This document shows, in pieces, positions 18,351-26,833 of a DNA stretch of 64,000 nucleotides. The notes under the pieces are model-generated. The model worked only from the letters and a program-made list of their open reading frames with translations, searched no databases and was not told the origin of the DNA. The number at the start of each line of letters is the position of its first letter. Position 1 is the stretch's first letter. Both the position numbers and the translations under genes were made by a program. The stretch lies in the NCBI GenBank assembly GCA_050916045.1, contig CP051526.1:1376001-1440000 (forward strand), in the 5' to 3' direction. Origin of the DNA: Tepidisphaera sp. (GTDB lineage Bacteria > Planctomycetota > Phycisphaerae > Phycisphaerales > UBA1924).

Positions 18351-20855
18351 CTACTTCCCACGGCGGTGGTCGGTCTTGCCTTTGTCGCGGTTCTTGCTCT
18401 TCTGGCTTCGGCGCTGGCCGCCGGTGCGGAAGTTGCCGAAGCCGGCGCCGCCGCCCGAGCCGATGCCTCCGCCGATGCCGCCCAAGCCGCCGCCACCGGG
18501 ACCGTTCGGGTCTTTGACCATCTTCTTCTTGCCCGCGGCTCGCGATGCCGGATCGTCGAGGACGAGGTCCAGAGCGCGGCGGGGGAGGTCGACGGCGGCG
18601 ATCTTGACGACGACGGCGTCGCCGGAGTTGAAGCTTCGGCCGGACTGGGCGTCGACGAGGGCGCCGGTGCGCTGGTCGATGCGCCACATCGGGGCGCGGT
18701 TGTCGCGGGTGACGTCGCCGGGGAGGTCTTCCTTCTTGATGAAGCCGTCGATGAGGAACTTGTCGATCTGGACGAAGACGCCGCGGTTGTTGACGCCGGT
18801 GACGACGCCGGGATAGACCTCGCCGAGGCGGTCGGCGAGGAGCTGGAGCACGAGGAACTTCTTGAGGCTTTCTTCGGCTTCGGCGGCTGCGGATTCACGC
18901 ATCGTGGCGTGCTTGCCGACCTCGACGAGAGCTTCGTGGGTCTCGCACATGGTGCTGTCGCGGAGGGCGCGGCCGAGGGCTTTGCGTTCTTCTTCGGATT
19001 TGGGCCGCTTGGTGTTGTTGTCGGTGCGGCGGAGGTATTCGGCGATGCAGCGGTGGACGGTGAGGTCGGCGTAGCGGCGGATGGGGCTTGTGAAGTGGGC
19101 GTAAGCCTTGCTGGCGAGGGCGAAGTGGCCGATGAGCAGGGGTGAGTACTCGGCTTTGGTGAGCGTGCGGAGGACGGCCATGTGGACGGCGCGGGCGGCG
19201 GGGGTGCCGCGGGTGCCGTCGAGGAGGGTCTGGAGCTCTTCGCGCGTGGGGCTCTTGGGGATGCGGAAGCCGGCGACCATGGCGGTTTTGCGCATGTCCT
19301 CGACGTTGCCGGGGGTCGGTTCGGGGTGAACGCGGCGGAGGAGCGGGACCTGGTAGCGTTCGAAGAGGCGGGCGACGACTTCGTTGGCTTCGACCATGAA
19401 CATTTCGATGAGCGTGTGGGTGAACGCATCATCCTCGGGCTCGGCGTCGACGACGCGGCCTTGTTCATCGAAGATGAGGTTGGCGTCGGGGAGCTCGAGG
19501 GAGATCATGCCGTCGCGTTTGCGGCGGCCCTGGATGGCTTTCGCGCAGCGGTTCATCTCGCCGAGGGTTTCGAGGAGCTGGTCGGTGTACTTGGGCGGGG
19601 TTTTGGCGTGTTTGCGGGCTTCCTCGATGTTGCCGTCGATGAGGGCCTGGGCTTCGAGGTAGGTGAGGCGTTTGGCGGACTTGATGAGCGTGTTGGCGAC
19701 GCCCTCGCTGCGGCATTTGCCACCCTCGTCGTAGGACATGAACGCGGACTTGCAGAAGCGGTAGACGCCCTCTTGCAACGAGCAGATCCCGTTGGAGAGG
19801 AGCTCGGGGATCATGGGGATGACGAGGCGCGGGAGGTAGACGGAGTTGGCGCGGTCGCGGGCTTCGAGGTCGATGTCGCTTTTGGGCGGGATGTAGTGGG
19901 CGACGTCGGCGATGTGGACGGCGAGGTCCCAGCCGCCGGGGATGGACTCGCTCCGGCGGATGGAGATGGCGTCGTCGTAGTCCTTGGCGTCGGGGGGGTC
20001 GATGGTGATGATGAAGTCGCCGGTGAGGTCGGCGCGGGGGCCCCATTTGTTGGTGAGCGCGGCGATGCCCTTGGCTTGGTAGTCGGCGATCTGCTGGTCG
20101 TATTCCTGGGTGACCTCGCGGGCTTGCTCGTTGCACTCTTCGGGGAATTCGCCGGGGAGGTTGTACGCGGCGATGGTGGCTTGGGTCTCGACGTCGGGGC
20201 GGCCGGCTTCGCCGAGGACTTTGGTGATGACGCCTTCGGGGAGCATTCCCATCTCGGGGAAGACGACGAGGTCGATGACGACCTTGAGGCCGTCGCGGAC
20301 GTTCTTGGCTTCGGCGTCACGGACGACGATGGGCTGGGTGATTTCCTTGCCGTCGGGGTAGACGAGCCACTGTCCGCCCTTCTTGATGATCTCGCCGGAG
20401 AAGGTGGTGCGCTTGCGCTTGATGACTTCGACGATCTCGCCGGTGAAGCTCGCGAAACCGGTCTGGCGTTCGCGTCCGCGGTCGCGCCAGACCTTGATGG
20501 CGACGGTGTCGCCGGAGAGGGCGTCCTTGGCGTAGGTCTCGTCGATGTAGATGGACCGTTCGCGGACGGGCTCGATGGGCTGGGCGAAGCCGCCGCCCTT
20601 CATGATCTTGCGGAAGACGGCCTGGACGGTGCCGCTTGGGTCCTTGTCGATCTTGTGTTCGATGCTGGGGAGCTGGACGTGGCCGCCGGCGGTGGCGACG
20701 AGCATGCCGCGGCTCACCAGTTCGCCGACCATCGAGCGGAACTCTTCGCGTTCGTCATCGTCGATGCCGAGGTCTTGGATGAGGGTGTCGGGTTTGGAGG
20801 GGACGTACGCCTCGTGCTGGATGTGGGCGAAGAGGCGCTTCTCGAATCTCTGCAT
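18351..20855 (-). CDS. rnr: Ribonuclease R
   Basis: TIDPPDAKDYDDA, HIADV, SVYLP, HFTSPIRRYADL, S1 domain and basic tail. Confidence 0.93.
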   Translation of the reverse strand: MQRFEKRLFAHIQHEAYVPSKPDTLIQDLGIDDDEREEFRSMVGELVSRGMLVATAGGHVQLPSIEHKIDKDPSGTVQAVFRKIMKGGGFAQPIEPVRERSIYIDETYAKDALSGDTVAIKVWRDRGRERQTGFASFTGEIVEVIKRKRTTFSGEIIKKGGQWLVYPDGKEITQPIVVRDAEAKNVRDGLKVVIDLVVFPEMGMLPEGVITKVLGEAGRPDVETQATIAAYNLPGEFPEECNEQAREVTQEYDQQIADYQAKGIAALTNKWGPRADLTGDFIITIDPPDAKDYDDAISIRRSESIPGGWDLAVHIADVAHYIPPKSDIDLEARDRANSVYLPRLVIPMIPELLSNGICSLQEGVYRFCKSAFMSYDEGGKCRSEGVANTLIKSAKRLTYLEAQALIDGNIEEARKHAKTPPKYTDQLLETLGEMNRCAKAIQGRRKRDGMISLELPDANLIFDEQGRVVDAEPEDDAFTHTLIEMFMVEANEVVARLFERYQVPLLRRVHPEPTPGNVEDMRKTAMVAGFRIPKSPTREELQTLLDGTRGTPAARAVHMAVLRTLTKAEYSPLLIGHFALASKAYAHFTSPIRRYADLTVHRCIAEYLRRTDNNTKRPKSEEERKALGRALRDSTMCETHEALVEVGKHATMRESAAAEAEESLKKFLVLQLLADRLGEVYPGVVTGVNNRGVFVQIDKFLIDGFIKKEDLPGDVTRDNRAPMWRIDQRTGALVDAQSGRSFNSGDAVVVKIAAVDLPRRALDLVLDDPASRAAGKKKMVKDPNGPGGGGLGGIGGGIGSGGGAGFGNFRTGGQRRSQKSKNRDKGKTDHRRGK

Positions 20856-20924
20856 GGGGTGAGCGTAGGGCCACTTGCCGCGATTGAACGTGAATCACGG
20901 GTGGAACGGAGATGAAGACGGGGT

Positions 20925-21890
20925 TCAGTGGGCGGGCTGGGTGACGACCTGGCGCGGGGTGAGGCCCAGGTGCTCGCGGACCTTGACGAGCTCGCCGACG
21001 GAGTCCTGGCTCGCCATGTGGGCCATGCCGGAATCGAAGGGGAGGACGTGCTTCATGCCGACGAGAGCGGCGATGTCGGCCTGGATGGCGGCGATCTCGC
21101 CGGGGACTCCCCAGACGCCCTGCGTGGAACCGTGGACGTAGGTGTCGCGGATCCAGAGGAGGAGTTCGGGGAAGCTGAGACGGTCGGGGCCGACGAGGTT
21201 GTAGGTTTCGCCGAAGGACTTCTCGTTGGGGATGGCGGAGACGAAGGCTTTGGCGACGTCTTCGACGGCGACGGGCTGGACGACGGGGTCGATGCGGTGG
21301 ACGGGCCCGAGCGGGACGGAGGTGTCCTCGACGCCGCGGGTGAAGTAGGGCATGAAGATCCAGGGCTGTTCCTCACCCTTGGCCCAGTTGATGGCTTGCT
21401 TGATGAACTTGCTTCCTTCGCCGAGGATGAAGCTGGGACGGAAGACGGTCCAGTCGAGGCCGCTGGCGCGGACGAGCTGCTCGCCTTCGAACTTGGTGCG
21501 CTGGTACTCGGCTTTGCCGGTGGGGGAGGCGCCCAGGGCGGACATGTGGATGAAGCGTCGGACGCCGGCGCGGTGGCAAGCGGCTAGGAGGGCTTTGGGG
21601 GCTCCGACGTGGGCTTGCTGGAAGGTCAGGCCGTCGCGTTCTTCGCGGATGATGCCGACGAGGGCGATGGCGGCGGAGCAGCCTTTGCAGAGCTCATCGA
21701 GCTTGGCGGGGCTGAGGGCGTCGCCGAGGACGACCTCGACGCGGGGGTCGCGCGGGAGGTAACGCTTGGCGGAAGTTTCGGACTGGGCGAGGGCGCGGAC
21801 GGAGTAGCCCTGAGCGAGGAGCTCGCGGACGACGTAGCGGCCGACAAACCCGGTGGAACCCGTGACAGCGACGATCTTCGGAGAGGTCAT
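20925..21890 (-). CDS. NAD(P)-binding epimerase/dehydratase, NDUFA9-like
   Basis: VTGSTGFVG, HMSALGA, Y.RTK, FRPS; start inferred at MTSPK. Confidence 0.85.
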   Translation of the reverse strand: MTSPKIVAVTGSTGFVGRYVVRELLAQGYSVRALAQSETSAKRYLPRDPRVEVVLGDALSPAKLDELCKGCSAAIALVGIIREERDGLTFQQAHVGAPKALLAACHRAGVRRFIHMSALGASPTGKAEYQRTKFEGEQLVRASGLDWTVFRPSFILGEGSKFIKQAINWAKGEEQPWIFMPYFTRGVEDTSVPLGPVHRIDPVVQPVAVEDVAKAFVSAIPNEKSFGETYNLVGPDRLSFPELLLWIRDTYVHGSTQGVWGVPGEIAAIQADIAALVGMKHVLPFDSGMAHMASQDSVGELVKVREHLGLTPRQVVTQPAH

Positions 21891-21997
21891 GGGGCGATGA
21901 TAGCCGGGGGTTCGACCGGTTTGCCCGGGCCCGCATAGGGTGACCCATCGACGTACGCGGAATCCCTCGGGGAAGTGGATGAGGTGGAGGCTTTGCG

Positions 21998-22411
21998 GTG
22001 CTTTACGCGTTGTGTTTCGCTTCGATCCCGATTCTTCTGGCTTGGCGTGCATTCGCGATCGGCCTGATCGTCACGTCGGCTGAGAGCCGTGGCTGGCGAG
22101 GTGTTCGAGCGGTACTGGTCGGGCTCCTGGCTTTGCTGAGCGTCGGGTGGGTGGCTGCGATTGGTGACCGGTGGTACGCGGAGGTTTGGAGCGCGGCGGG
22201 ACCGGATTTCTCGGTGGATGCGACCAAGAAGACGGGGCTGGTGGTGCTGGCGGTGGTCGCGGTCTCGATGGGGGTGCTGCATTACTTCGTCACGGGTCGG
22301 CCCAAGCCGCTTTCGGAGATGGAGCAACGCAGAATCGAGGAGAAGACCAAGCGGACGGTGGAGAGGCTGATGAAGAAGCATGGGAAGACCGGTGGTGAAG
22401 AGGGGTTGTAG
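21998..22411 (+). CDS. Small membrane protein (3 TM)
   Basis: Three hydrophobic segments, charged C-terminal tail, GGAGG upstream. Confidence 0.55.
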   Translation: MLYALCFASIPILLAWRAFAIGLIVTSAESRGWRGVRAVLVGLLALLSVGWVAAIGDRWYAEVWSAAGPDFSVDATKKTGLVVLAVVAVSMGVLHYFVTGRPKPLSEMEQRRIEEKTKRTVERLMKKHGKTGGEEGL

Positions 22412-22451
22412 TTGGGGTGGTGGGCTCTATGAGGATGGGGGACCATCGAAG

Positions 22452-22511
22452 ACCCCTCATCCGCCGCTGACGCGGCACCTTCTCCCCGTCGAAGCGACGG
22501 GGAGAAGGAGG
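22452..22511. repeat. 60-bp palindromic repeat, copy A
   Basis: acccctcatccgccgctgacgcggcaccttctccccgtcgaagcgacggggagaaggagg; perfect 14-bp stem with 3-nt loop. Confidence 0.9.
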
Positions 22512-22513
22512 CA

Positions 22514-23206
22514 TCACCACAGACGTTTGGAGGCCAACCGGCCCATGACGTCGTTGCGGGTGCCTTCGCAGCGAATGGGCGTGTCGGTGTGCTGGAGGCG
22601 GCTTCGCAGTGGAGGCGGCAGCGCGGCAGAAGACGCCTCAAGTTCCTCCCGCGTCGGAACACATGCAAGGATCGCGGTTTGGGTGTCGAGCTCCAAGCGC
22701 AGGCAATGCCAGCCGTGAACCTCTTGGGAAACGCCGCGTTCCGCGTTCAGCATGTCGATGATGGTGCAGGGGGAGGCGATCAGGCGGACGCAGTTCCACG
22801 GGACGCTCCGCGATTGGCCCCGTTGCTCCACGACCAGTCCCCTCTCATTCACGCGCACCTCGGCCTCCTCACGCCGCTCCATCCGAATGAACAGCCGCAC
22901 GGTGAACGATGCCGTCAATGTGCCGAGCGCCAAACTGAGGAGCAGCGGCGGAGAGGGCAATGAGCCTTTGACGATGATCAGGATCGGAAACGTCAGCAAT
23001 CCTGCCGAAATCATGGCCCAGAGGAAGACCTCGACCCAGTTGCTCGCACCCGGCGATCGAAGGGAAAGCCTGAAAGCCGCATTTGGGCCCGCTTCGCCGA
23101 GCGTCACGCTGTAGGGGTATGGACGTTCGAGTGTGTGCACGAGCCTGTTTCCGGTACGGTTGGACCAGGGAACTTTACGGTCGCCCCCAAGCGTGCCTGT
23201 AACCAT
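22514..23206 (-). CDS. Hypothetical 2-TM membrane protein between the 60-bp repeats
   Basis: Two TM helices followed by a beta-rich region; fills the interval between repeat copies. Confidence 0.55.
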   Translation of the reverse strand: MVTGTLGGDRKVPWSNRTGNRLVHTLERPYPYSVTLGEAGPNAAFRLSLRSPGASNWVEVFLWAMISAGLLTFPILIIVKGSLPSPPLLLSLALGTLTASFTVRLFIRMERREEAEVRVNERGLVVEQRGQSRSVPWNCVRLIASPCTIIDMLNAERGVSQEVHGWHCLRLELDTQTAILACVPTREELEASSAALPPPLRSRLQHTDTPIRCEGTRNDVMGRLASKRLW

Positions 23207-23220
23207 CCCGCTCGCCCGTC

Positions 23221-23280
23221 ACCCCTCATCCGCCGCTGGCGCAGCACCTTCTCCCCGTCGAAGCGACGGGGAGAAGGAGG
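23221..23280. repeat. 60-bp palindromic repeat, copy B (direct orientation)
   Basis: 58/60 identical to 22452-22511. Confidence 0.9.
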
Positions 23281-23299
23281 GATGTCGTAGGATGGTCGC

Positions 23300-24106
23300 G
23301 TGATCCTGCGAGCGGACCATCTTGTGATCGGGCATCGGGCGGTGAGGGCTGTCCTTTGCGATGTCTCGGCGGTGTTTGCGCCGGGGGAGGTCACGGCGGT
23401 CTTGGGGCCCAATGGAGCCGGGAAGTCGACGCTGCTTCGGTGCTTGGCGGGGGTGCAGGAGGGGCACGGTGTTTCGGGCGGGGCGGCGGTGTTGGATGGG
23501 GCGGTGGTGTTGGGCGGGGCGGCCATCGGGTCGTTGTCGCCTTCGGCGCTGGCGGCGCGGCTTGCGTATGTCCCGCAGCGGGAGGAGATCCCGGTGGGGT
23601 TCACGGTGGGGGAAGTTGTCGCGATGGGAGCGGAAGCGGGGGGGGATCCGTCGCAGGCGTTGCCGGCGATCGAGCGGCTGGGGCTCGCGGCTTTGCGGGA
23701 CCGCCGGGTCGAGACGCTTTCGGAGGGGCAGCGGCAGCGGGTGACGATGGCTCGGGCGTACGCGCAAACGCGGGGGATGGTGGATCGGCCGGGTGTGGTG
23801 CTTGCGGATGAGCCCGCGGCGGCGCTGGACCCGGCGCTGGCGGCGGAAGCGATGAGCGTCTTTCGCGAACTCGCCCGGCGCGGGCGGACGGTCGTGGTGG
23901 TGCTTCACGATGCGGACCTGGCGCTGCGGTGGGCGGACCGGGCGCTGCTCCTGCGGCAGGATGGGACGGTGCTTGAGCAGGGGCCGGCGGCGGCGACGCT
24001 GACACCGGCGAATCTGGAGACACTGTTCGGCGTCCGATGGGCGGTGGTACGGACGCCCGCGTCGCGGGAAGTGCCCGGGGGCCGCGACGCCGTGATTCCG
24101 CAGTGA
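23300..24106 (+). CDS. ABC ATPase, iron-siderophore/heme/cobalamin type
   Basis: GPNGAGKST, LAYVPQ, LSEGQRQR, LADEP, VLHD. Confidence 0.85.
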   Translation: MILRADHLVIGHRAVRAVLCDVSAVFAPGEVTAVLGPNGAGKSTLLRCLAGVQEGHGVSGGAAVLDGAVVLGGAAIGSLSPSALAARLAYVPQREEIPVGFTVGEVVAMGAEAGGDPSQALPAIERLGLAALRDRRVETLSEGQRQRVTMARAYAQTRGMVDRPGVVLADEPAAALDPALAAEAMSVFRELARRGRTVVVVLHDADLALRWADRALLLRQDGTVLEQGPAAATLTPANLETLFGVRWAVVRTPASREVPGGRDAVIPQ

Positions 24107-24139
24107 GCCGGACCGGTCGCCCAAACCTATCATGAGCCC

Positions 24140-25168
24140 GTGACCAGCCCCGCGATGCCAACGCCCGTGGACTCTTCTCCGCTCGCGGCGACGGCGCGGC
24201 CCAGGGAAGGGCCTCGGGCGGGAACCATCAAGAGCCTGCGGGAGATGACCAAGCCGGGGATCACGCGGCTGGTGACGATCACGGCGGCGGTCGGGTTCGC
24301 GATGGCGTTCTTGTCCACAGATGGGGGCAAGTCGGTTCTTGAGCCTTCGCGGCCGTGGATCGAGATCGCGTACGCGGGGTTCATGTGCGCGGCGGGGACG
24401 TACTTCTCGGCGGCGGGGGCGAACGTCCTCAACCAGCTCGTCGAGCGTTCGCGCGACGCGAAGATGAAGCGGACGATGCGGCGGCCGCTCCCCGAGGAGC
24501 GGATCGCCCCGCCGGTGGCTTTGACGTTCGGCGTGTCGTGCGTGCTGCTCGGGGCTTTGGTCCTGGCTTTGGGCTGCGGGGCGATCACGACGATCCTCGC
24601 GCTCGCGTGCACGGTGACCTACCTCTTCGCGTACACGCCGATGAAGCCGCGGTCGGCGCTCTCGACGTACGTGGGGACGTTCCCGGGGGCGCTCCCTCCG
24701 CTGATGGGCTGGGCGGCGGGGTTGCCCGAGGGGGGGATGGGCGCGACGGGGGCGGAGCACTGGCCGATGTGGTGGGGGGGTGTGGCGCTCTTTGTGCTGA
24801 TGACGGTGTGGCAGCTGCCGCACTCGTTCGCGCTGGCGTGGATGTACCGCGACGACTACGCCAAGGGCGGGTACAAGCTGCTCCCGACGCTGGACCCGAC
24901 GGGCTCCAAGACCTCGACGACGATCGCGGTGTGGGCGTTCGCGCAGATCCCGGCGACCCTGCTCCCGGTGCTTGCGATGCCGAACGTCTTGGGCTGGCCG
25001 TACGCGGCGATCGCGGTCTTGACGGGCTTGTGGTATTTCGTGTGCGCGATGCGGGTGCTGAAGACGCGGAGCGTGGCGGACGCCCGGAAGGTCTTCTTCG
25101 TCTCGATCATGCACTTGCCGCTTTTGCTCATCGCGATGGTGGTGGAGGCGGGGATCAGAAGGCTGTAG
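24140..25168 (+). CDS. cyoE: Protoheme IX farnesyltransferase
   Basis: TKPGIT, NQLVERSRDAKMKRT..RPLP, YTPMK, GALPPLMGWAA, WQLPH, DY..GG. Confidence 0.92.
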   Translation: MTSPAMPTPVDSSPLAATARPREGPRAGTIKSLREMTKPGITRLVTITAAVGFAMAFLSTDGGKSVLEPSRPWIEIAYAGFMCAAGTYFSAAGANVLNQLVERSRDAKMKRTMRRPLPEERIAPPVALTFGVSCVLLGALVLALGCGAITTILALACTVTYLFAYTPMKPRSALSTYVGTFPGALPPLMGWAAGLPEGGMGATGAEHWPMWWGGVALFVLMTVWQLPHSFALAWMYRDDYAKGGYKLLPTLDPTGSKTSTTIAVWAFAQIPATLLPVLAMPNVLGWPYAAIAVLTGLWYFVCAMRVLKTRSVADARKVFFVSIMHLPLLLIAMVVEAGIRRL

Positions 25169-25170
25169 AA

Positions 25171-25223
25171 GTCGCGGGGGCGGTGGGGTTGTGGGGGAGG
25201 ACGCGGAGACGCGGGGACGGGGA
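25171..25223. repeat. Degenerate octamer tract (gacgcgga-type)
   Basis: gacgcgga gacgcggg gacgggga, with 8-nt periodicity further upstream. Confidence 0.55.
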
Positions 25224-25231
25224 GCGGGGAG

Positions 25232-25864
25232 GTGGGCTTGGCACGCGGGAAGAAGCGAATGTGGGCGGGGGTGACGCTCGTGAGCCTTGGGTTGCTCGCG
25301 GCGGGGATGGTGGTTGCTTCGCGGTGGTACATCATGGAGATCAGGCGAACGAATGAGCGGTCGCTCCACATTCTCATCTTGAAATCGGGTGAGACGAGGT
25401 GGCACCGATATCCGGTCGAGAAGGCTTCCGGGCAAGTCGACCGGACCTCGGACCCTACTCGTGTGCCCGACGGGTTCTCGGCGGGACGGGTTGATGTTCC
25501 CGAGGGGCCGTTGCTGGTGGTGTCGGACCACGCGACCCTCATGAGCCGGACGCTGATCAAGGTCTACGGGCGTGATGGTGACGGCACATCCAGATGGTTC
25601 GTCGCGGGAGGCTGGAGGCATGACGGCGAGACCGCCTATGTCGCCGTCGTGGCGTGGCCGATCCCGCTCTTCCTTCTGATCGCGGGCGTTGTGCCGCTGT
25701 GGAGCGGTTGGCGGGTGCGGCGACGGGTCCGCTCGGGGGCCTGTCTGGGCTGCGGGTACGACCTTTCGGCGACCCCGGGTCCGGCTCCGTGCCCGGAGTG
25801 CGGGGCTCAGCGCTTCGAAAGCGAAACGGGGCGTTCGATGAGGAACGCCCCGGGCACTTCGTGA
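25232..25864 (+). CDS. Membrane protein with C-terminal zinc ribbon
   Basis: N- and C-terminal TM segments, then RRR..GACLGCGYDL......CPECG. Confidence 0.7.
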   Translation: MGLARGKKRMWAGVTLVSLGLLAAGMVVASRWYIMEIRRTNERSLHILILKSGETRWHRYPVEKASGQVDRTSDPTRVPDGFSAGRVDVPEGPLLVVSDHATLMSRTLIKVYGRDGDGTSRWFVAGGWRHDGETAYVAVVAWPIPLFLLIAGVVPLWSGWRVRRRVRSGACLGCGYDLSATPGPAPCPECGAQRFESETGRSMRNAPGTS

Positions 25865-25908
25865 CTTCGTGACTTTCTGACTCCGCGGCTCCGCGGCTTC
25901 CGCGTCCC
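25855..25908. repeat. Octamer tandem tract
   Basis: cacttcgt gacttcgt gactttct gactccgc ggctccgc ggcttccgc gtcccc. Confidence 0.7.
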
Positions 25909-26328
25909 CTACATGTGGTTCCGGCAGGCCGCCCAGTGGCAGTCCTTGCCGCGGTAGGTGCTCAGCAGGTCCTTGAGCTGCACGCCCGCATCGTCGTTGG
26001 TCGTGATGAACCGCGACTCGAACTTGCTGTGCCCGAGGAGAGCCAGGCTCTCGCGGGGGTACAAGCGGTAGTTCTTGCACGACTGCCCGCCCCGGAGGAT
26101 CTCGTGGGGGACGGCCGAGGTGCCGAACCGCGTGAGGGCATCGACGAGCTTGCCCGCTTCGTTGCCGAGCGAGACACCATCGGCCTGATAGAACGCGATG
26201 GTGGTGCCGGCGGGGACGATGAAGGTGCCGTCGGCGGCGAGCCAGCCGCCGTGGCCCGAGAAGGCGATCTTCTCGGCGGCGCGGGACTGGGCGTTGAGGG
26301 CGGCGATGCGTGCGGCGATGGACGTCAT
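25909..26328 (-). CDS. Putative adhesin Stv-like domain protein
   Basis: SGHG, VPAGTTIAFY..DG..L, NY.L.P and HWAACR match my recollection of the Stv domain. Confidence 0.6.
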   Translation of the reverse strand: MTSIAARIAALNAQSRAAEKIAFSGHGGWLAADGTFIVPAGTTIAFYQADGVSLGNEAGKLVDALTRFGTSAVPHEILRGGQSCKNYRLYPRESLALLGHSKFESRFITTNDDAGVQLKDLLSTYRGKDCHWAACRNHM

Positions 26329-26456
26329 GGGTCGGGCTCCTCCGGCCCGGGCTTTGGCGTGACGCGAAGCCGCCCTGGGCGATGCCGGGGATTGTACCGG
26401 ATTGGGGGCGGGGCTGGGGCTGTTTGGGGCGGGGTGAAAGGCTTGTGTTTGGCCCC

Positions 26457-26708
26457 GAAAGGGCCCGATTCGGCCCGGAATGGCTCCCGTTCACCCGTGA
26501 ATGGCTCCCGTTCAGCCGCGAATGGCTCCCGTTTGCCTGCCGATGGCTCCCATCTGCCCGCCGATGGTTCCCATCTGCCAGCCGTTGGTTCCCGACTGCC
26601 TGCCGTTGGTTCCCGACGGCCCCGGGTCGGCTTCCGACGTGCCAAGGTCGGTTCCCGACGGCTCGCCGTCGGTTCCCGACGTGCCAGCGTCGGTCATCGA
26701 CACGGGCG
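26457..26708. repeat. 21-bp tandem repeat, ~12 progressively diverging units
   Basis: gaatggctcccgttcacccgt / gaatggctcccgttcagccgc / ... / cgtcggttcccgacgtgccag. Confidence 0.9.
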
Positions 26709-26734
26709 TTATGCGACGTGGGGCGGGCCCTCTT

Positions 26735-26770
26735 TCACCCCTTCACCATGTCACCCCTGCACCTTGTCAC
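26735..26770. repeat. Octamer tract (tcacccct/tcaccatg)
   Basis: tcacccct tcaccatg tcacccct gcaccttg tcac. Confidence 0.6.
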
Positions 26771-26833
26771 GCCGCGTCGCGCGACGCGGCTTCGTCCCGA
26801 GACGAACGCCCGCCGTTCGCCATGCGTAAGGTA

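Noticed and set aside
20860..20924. Decayed ~9-nt repeat tracts here and at about 6555-6650 and 36525-36580
   Set aside because: Too degenerate to support without a statistical scan.
26457..26708. CRISPR array
   Set aside because: The period is only 21 nt, there are no unique 30-40-nt spacers, the units drift, and there are no cas genes.
26501..26833. Repeat-encoded N-terminal extension of UvrB
   Set aside because: UvrB homology begins near 26840; the extension is the 21-nt array and octamer tract read through.
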